NCBI GenBank assembly: GCA_951406725.2
Contig: OX597817.1
Location: 7,688,001-7,752,000, forward strand
Origin: Octopus vulgaris
Lineage: Eukaryota
Length of the DNA stretch: 64,000 bases
Direction: 5' to 3'
Part shown: piece after piece, positions 58,135-64,000 of the stretch
Numbering within the stretch: the first letter of the stretch is position 1
Layout of the letters: each line of letters opens with the position of its first letter
Made by a program: the position numbers and the translations under genes
Notes under the pieces: generated by a model
What the model was told of the DNA's origin: nothing
What the model saw: only the letters and a program-made list of their open reading frames with translations
Databases searched by the model: none

Positions 58135-58371
58135 GCTGCAAGAGAGGTGAGTATATGCATGCGTGTATGCGTGTATATGCTTCTATATGGCTGATTTGTG
58201 TCTTTACATCCGTAATATGAAATCGCGTTAGTATCTATGTTGTTGGACACAGCGATCTTCAGCAGTATGTCAAAGTTATTGCAAGAGTAAAATACCGAAT
58301 GGTGACTTGAAACTATAGTATGGAAGTAACTAGAAGGTACTGTTATATATGGAGGAGGTGAGTATGTTGAC

Positions 58372-58985
58372 TGAGAGGACGTTCGTTTTCGAGGCGTTGA
58401 TTTTCAGTTCAACTCTTGCGGCGGCGGCAAGGTTTATCCCATCAAGAGCGCGTTGAATGTCGCTATAGGAGTCCCTTATGACGGCAACGTCATTGGCATG
58501 CTCAACGTCAATGACCGGGAAACCACATCTTACCCTGGCCTCGAGGGACCCATCTAGTCCTTGGTTGAGTATTCAATCGATGACGAAATTCAAAAAGAGT
58601 GGACGATAGAACACAACCTTGGCGAACAACCGTTTGAACGGCAAAGGAATCAGTCTCCTCCCCATAGCACCGTACTCTGGTTCCCATATGGGTATGTTAT
58701 GCACGGATAAGGTTGAGATGCTTGGTTGGAAAACCGTCTCGCCTCATGACCTCTCATAAGCTTGTACGGTCTGCTGAATCAAAGGCTGCAATCAAAGCAG
58801 ATGTGGAGATCGTTTCCGGCTCTCCAGGCTTTGGAGTTTGTCGCTGGAACCGAGAATGGCTTCAACACGCTGCAGAATCGCCCGCCGACAGACATGCATG
58901 GACCGTTTTGACTCGAGACGTGGTAAACTCAATAGGAGTGGTCTTAACCCTTCCCAGGTGAATGGCATTACAAGAATGTCATATA
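58372..58985 (-). mobile_element. Decayed RTE-clade LINE RT fragment
   Basis: Minus-strand peptides IAAFDS, VVRQGCVLSSTLF, DVEHANDVAV (cf. DLEYADD) and ELKINASKT. Confidence 0.75.
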
Positions 58986-59128
58986 TACAATGCTCTGCGA
59001 GACCACGAGCTAGTACTGGGTGTTTTTGAAAAATCTCTCTCAAAAACTATTGCTTACAATACATTATAGATAGATAGATCGATAGAGAGAGAGAGATTTG
59101 AAGAAGTAAATAAGTAAATGTGTATTAA

Positions 59129-59202
<74 letters not shown>

Positions 59203-59204
<2 letters not shown>

Positions 59205-59410
59205 TGAATCCAAACAAAGTAGAACAAACAAAAAAATGATAACGCTAGGACGTGGTACAAGTAGGGAATTATCGGACGCTCAGGAAAAGAAGGAAAGATG
59301 ATTTAACATTTCGAGCGAAGCTCTTCTTCAGAAATAGAGGAAAGTCCAAAGGAAGGGAAGACCGAGGAATAAAATTGTCAACAATGCACACGTGGTCACA
59401 TTTTAAAATC

Positions 59411-59412
<2 letters not shown>
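59203..59412 (-). mobile_element. Penelope-type pLTR fragment with hammerhead core (about 59298-59338)
   Basis: Minus strand CTGAAGA-A-GAGC ttc GCTC-GAAATGTTA. Downstream sequence (TCCTGAGCGTCC...CCACGTCCT...TTTGGATT) matches 40570-40660 and partly 21670-21760. Sits between microsatellites. Confidence 0.65.
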
Positions 59413-59473
<61 letters not shown>

Positions 59474-60307
59474 TTATGATTCCTTGTCGTGAAATCAAAT
59501 TTAACACGTATCTTCTAAACGTTCTTCTGAGGCTAAGTCAGTTGGACAAAGCATTTCAGAAAGATGAACGTTTAAATGGAGGTAAAAATCACCTCGCGGG
59601 CTTCCGCACACTTTCTGTCATTCCAAATTAACGATTAAGGTTTGAGAGAATCCGAGTTAAGAGAGAAAAACACTTATTCAAGGTTTCACGCATTGTGATC
59701 TAATCAAAGGTCTCATGATTGTGAAGCAAACATCTTAACCATCTGGCCTTTCCTGCATTCAAGTGGCTGATTTACAGGTTGTTTCGAACGGACATTCTGC
59801 ACTGTGAAGTCATCGACATAGCGTTTAAATTGGGAAGCTTCCAGTTTCTTATATTTCCTATTTCATCCGATAAAGGGCTGTAGAGAACATGGGTTGTAAA
59901 TATGTGTATTATTATTTATTATGAACTAGTGTCAGAGAAAAATTACTTGCTGTCTGCTCTAGGCAAATATGTCTGAAATCCGAAAATTCAGATGCGTTCA
60001 TGTGATGTGCGAAAACAAATTCATAAAGCTGTCTGTGAAGCATCAGAATATTCCATGATTGGTAAATGTCAGGATTCAATCCTATTAGTAAGCCAATTAC
60101 GACAGAATTTGTACACAAGAAAATAGAATTCTAACGCGTATTGGAATCCTGATATAGAAACTCATAGTTAGCATTAGAGTGTTGCATTGGGTGATTTACA
60201 GTATTCTTTCCCGATATTCTTCGTTCTGATTTCGAATGCCACTGAGAACTCTTTTCTTGAGTTTCCCAGATCGATTTTCTACTTAGAATTTTTCATCGGG
60301 CATTCGT

Positions 60308-60628
60308 TCGTCGCCCTTTTCAAGCATAGCCAGGCTCATGGGCCCGGTTTCCCGGTTTCTGTGGCGTATGTGTTCCCCCCCACCCCACCCCACCCAGCTG
60401 GACGGGACGCCAGTCCTTCGCAGCGTTACTCAAGAAACAGGTAGAGAGCGTGGGAGAAAGTTGTGACGAAAGAGTACAACAGGGATCATTACCACCCCCT
60501 GACGGAGCCTCGTGGAGCTTTTAGGTATTTTCGCTCAATAAACACACACAACGCCCGATTTTTTAATCGAAACCGCGATCCTCCGACAGCGAGTCCGCTG
60601 CCCTAACCACTGGACCATTGCGCCTTTC
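60308..60628 (-). mobile_element. SINE C, tail type 3
   Basis: Same head and body as 32539-32926, but tail GGACTGGCGTCCCGTCCAG...CAGAAACCGGGAAACCGGGCCCATGAGCC. Confidence 0.85.
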
Positions 60629-63004
60629 ATCGGGATTATTCTAAGGTAATTCTTTTTTATTTTATGGCTTGCGATCAAATTTAGGAAAAAGATTCATTGA
60701 GAAATGTTAATATTGTTTCAAGACAAACACACGAACATCAAATCATACAGATATACAAATCATAGCTTCATTTTTTTTTTACAATGTAACACCTCTACAA
60801 TCCGACAACATTTTAATAAATTATAAGACACACCTAAAGGAAAGACCACGTGTTTGTTTGTATGCATGTATGTATGTACGTACGTATATATACGTATGTA
60901 TGCATGAATGGATGGATGGGTGGATAGATGGATGGATGGAGGGATGGATGGATCTATGTATGTGTAAGCGCAACAGCGTTGAACGGTTAAGAAGTTCAAT
61001 TCACAATTACGAAATCCCGAGTTGGATCTTACGATGTGACATCTCGAGCAAGTAGCTTTTATCATAGCCTCAGGTCAATACATGTTTTGTTAGGTAAATT
61101 AGACAGACAGAAACTATGCGGAATACATTCGAATGGGCAATACATTTAATTCAAAGTTCCCGCTTTATCACATACTGTGTCCCGCTAATTCTATCTGGAG
61201 ATTACATCAGGAATATCTGTTACTGCGGAATACGCTGCCACCTGCACATTAATTCAATGTGCAAGTAGTTCTCTTGATTGAATAGCTGCATACTCATCGT
61301 CGATCCCCATAGAGAACCATTTAATTCTTTTCTTATACTTATGTGTACGTATATATGTTATATGTGTGTTTGTGTGCGTATGAGAGTGTATTTAAATATA
61401 ACCGTGTTCTCAAATTCATAGCAGCTATTAACTTCTAGAATTGCAGTATCTTATAGTTTCCTCTTCTGCTGCAACTACAGCAATTTCTGTCCTAGCTAAC
61501 TACATACCATTTCCACTAAGTATCAACTGAATACACCGTCCCTCCTCCTTCCGTCATCCCCCACTGTGTCTCATCTGTTAGACTCACAAATGCTTTGCTT
61601 CATTCATTCTCCCAAGAAATGTGACAATCTGGAATGCCTTATCCGTCTACACATTTCCTGCAAACCTTTCTCTGCAAATGTACAATTCAAACATCAAAGA
61701 TATTAATCTCACTATACCGGAAAGAATATTTAGAATTTAAAAAAACTAAAGAGCAAAAATTTTACATATACTTCACAATTTAATTGCGCTCTACAGCTGT
61801 TTCGATGGCATAAAACATCATTATCTCTATAATCTCAATTCAAAATGCATAAGTAATTATAAACTTTAGGAGAGGTGCATTACTCATATCGACGAGAGAA
61901 GAAAAAGATATGGGAGGTGTGCAAAGATTATGGACTCTGCGCCTCGTCTGTTGACTACTATGTAGAAAACAAAAACCTAACGGGCCCCAGTAGATTATTC
62001 GCACCCCAATTCCCAGTGGAGTGCAAAGTAAAATAGAACATGACGAGGGATAATCTGAAGTGAGAATATTAATGAAGCAAATTATTTCGAATTAGATTTT
62101 TTTAAAGTTAGAGCTAATTCAGATTCTGTTTCTCATGTTGATGTATATATATATATTATGTTGATGTATCATTTATAACATTGCTAGCATAAATATGAGG
62201 TGAGATAAAGTGTGGTGTGGTGTGATAGGATGCGTGCGTGTTTGTTTGTCATAGTATGTGTGCGCGTGTGTTGGTGAATATATATGTACCATATCTCTAA
62301 TTTTTTATATTTTCAAAAGCGTGTACTAAAACGTATCTACAAGTACATATCGAAAATTTTGCTCCTATGCGTAAATTTATAAATAGACAGACAGAAAGTC
62401 AAAGAGGTAGATAGGTGGATGGGTGGGTAGATAGGTAGGTAGGTAGGTAGGCAGTGATGTTTGTTTGAATGTGTAACAGTATCAGTTCTATACATAACCA
62501 TTTTTAACATTATACGTGTGTTGTATGTAATCCTGAGAGATAACAGGATTAAGGTATAAATATGGATTCATATCCTAGATTAACATATATGTGTGTAAAA
62601 ATACATTCATATATCGATATACATGTATGTATATACATACATCGATATACGTTCATGTATGTATGTGTGTGTGTGTGTGTGTCTGTGTGTTTGTCTGTGA
62701 ATGTTTTTAATACAGGGGAGATTATGAAGAAAATTTATATATGGACGCATTTCCAGCCGCATTTAGTGAGACACTCTATGAAATTAAGTCTGTGAGCGGC
62801 TTGAAATGAGGATCGAATCGTGCGCTTTCATTGTTGTTTAACATATTATAAAGATTCACTCTTCTCTTTTTTCCCCAAACTTCCGATGATATTATCCATA
62901 AAAATGTTTTGAGCAAGTATGTTTCTGTGTCTAACCATGAACTCACATAATTGTACAAATTTGACGGTCGCATGATGATAACTAAAATACAAATATTAAA
63001 ATGC

Positions 63005-64000
63005 ATACAGTTCTATATTTAAGAGATGAGGAATTATGTACATTATTTACATTTGAGGGATATTTGTCCTCATATTGTTTGTTGTTAACACAATGTTTAG
63101 GCTGATATACCCTCCAACCTTCATCAGGTGTCTTGAGGAAATTTCGAACCAGGGTTCTCATTCCTAAGGTATTTTTCTTCGGGTTAGTAGCCCGCGCTCT
63201 TAACCACTACGCCATATGCCCGTGGACAATTACGGAGTGAATTTTAAGGCTTACAAATCTGATATTTTTCGGTCCTTCCTTAATACCAGTTCCCATATGC
63301 TGTTCCTATCTGTACTTGGTCTGCTTAGGAGGTTGTTGTGTCCAAGCATATGTGCTGCTTCTTTTAGTTTTCGTATTTTCCAGTGGTGTTCTCTGTCTAT
63401 TATTTTAACTTCATCCTACAGCGGGAGGTGGTCTCCATTTTTCCATACATCATCAGCTATACCCGATTTATCAATATCTCCTCGTGTCACAGCTTTGCGA
63501 TGTTCGTCTACCCTTATTTTGAGGGGCCGAAATGTTTCGCCTTTATATAACCTGTTAGATCATGTGAACTCAATAAATCCATCCATACAGTTGACAATGG
63601 AAAAAGAAAAAAATACAATCAGCTGGAATTCCTGGACTTATTAATAACACACACCAAGTATGGATTCAGGACATCCGTATACCGCAAGCCGACCTCCACT
63701 GGACGACACCTCAACTTCAATTCCCACCATCCATACAGTGTAAAGTGATCCTTGTTCTTGATCAAGATCTGTAACAATTTCCTCTCTGTTTTCAGAATTG
63801 GGTCTTTCTTTTCTTTGCTGTAGTTACCATCACTTATAAGACTTGCCAGTTTTTCCGAGTTGTCAGACTTGTTCATCACCATTGCAGCTTTTCCTTGTCT
63901 GCTGGAAGTATTATGATGGAATTGTCACTCTGTAGTCTTTTGATAGTGAACGTTTCTTCCTTAGCGATGTTTGGTTTGGAAAGTTTCGCTTTTTCTAGTA
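63005..64000. mobile_element. Rearranged Penelope-like element: pLTR with hammerhead relic, GIY-YIG endonuclease, RT and N-terminal fragments in mixed orientation
   Basis: Minus strand about 63250-63545: GETFRPLKIRVDEHRKAV...KSGIAD...IIDREHHWKIRKLKEA. Plus strand about 63545-63750: NSINPSIQLTMEKE, FLDLLI, SVYRKPTSTG..LNFNSHHP. Minus strand about 63750-64000: ILPAD..AAMVMNKSD..EKL..LISD..Y. Confidence 0.85.

Noticed and set aside
61785-61900. Partial hammerhead (minus strand GAAACAGCTGTAGAG); similar partials near 14030 and 24215
   Set aside because: The second half of the catalytic core could not be located.

Overview
AT-rich, microsatellite-dense eukaryotic DNA. I infer an octopus (coleoid cephalopod) from the SINE families, which I recognise from memory rather than from a search. 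The only host coding sequence I can support is one 176-nt internal exon (55877-56052, +) of a KCNQ/Kv7 potassium channel, covering S3, the S4 voltage sensor and the S4-S5 linker. The rest is probably intron of that gene, filled with mobile DNA: three tRNA-derived SINE families, a nearly full EN+RT CR1-group LINE inside (TA)n, relics of Penelope-like, R4/Dong-like, RTE, L1/Tx1 and CR1 elements, Helitron- and MITE-like elements, and several minimal hammerhead ribozyme motifs. Four observations stand out. (1) A complete 1.9-kb retroposon bounded by 14-bp target-site duplications encodes only an intact ORF1/Gag-like zinc-knuckle protein (no RT) and shares its 3' tail with a SINE family; a second, diverged relative lies in the same window. 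(2) A LINE and a SINE share a 3' end with a covarying stem-loop. (3) The LINE's frameshifts look like homopolymer sequencing errors, so it may be intact. (4) A near-perfect 200-bp hairpin sits about 410 nt upstream of the KCNQ voltage-sensor exon. Most ORFs in the supplied track are microsatellite artefacts.
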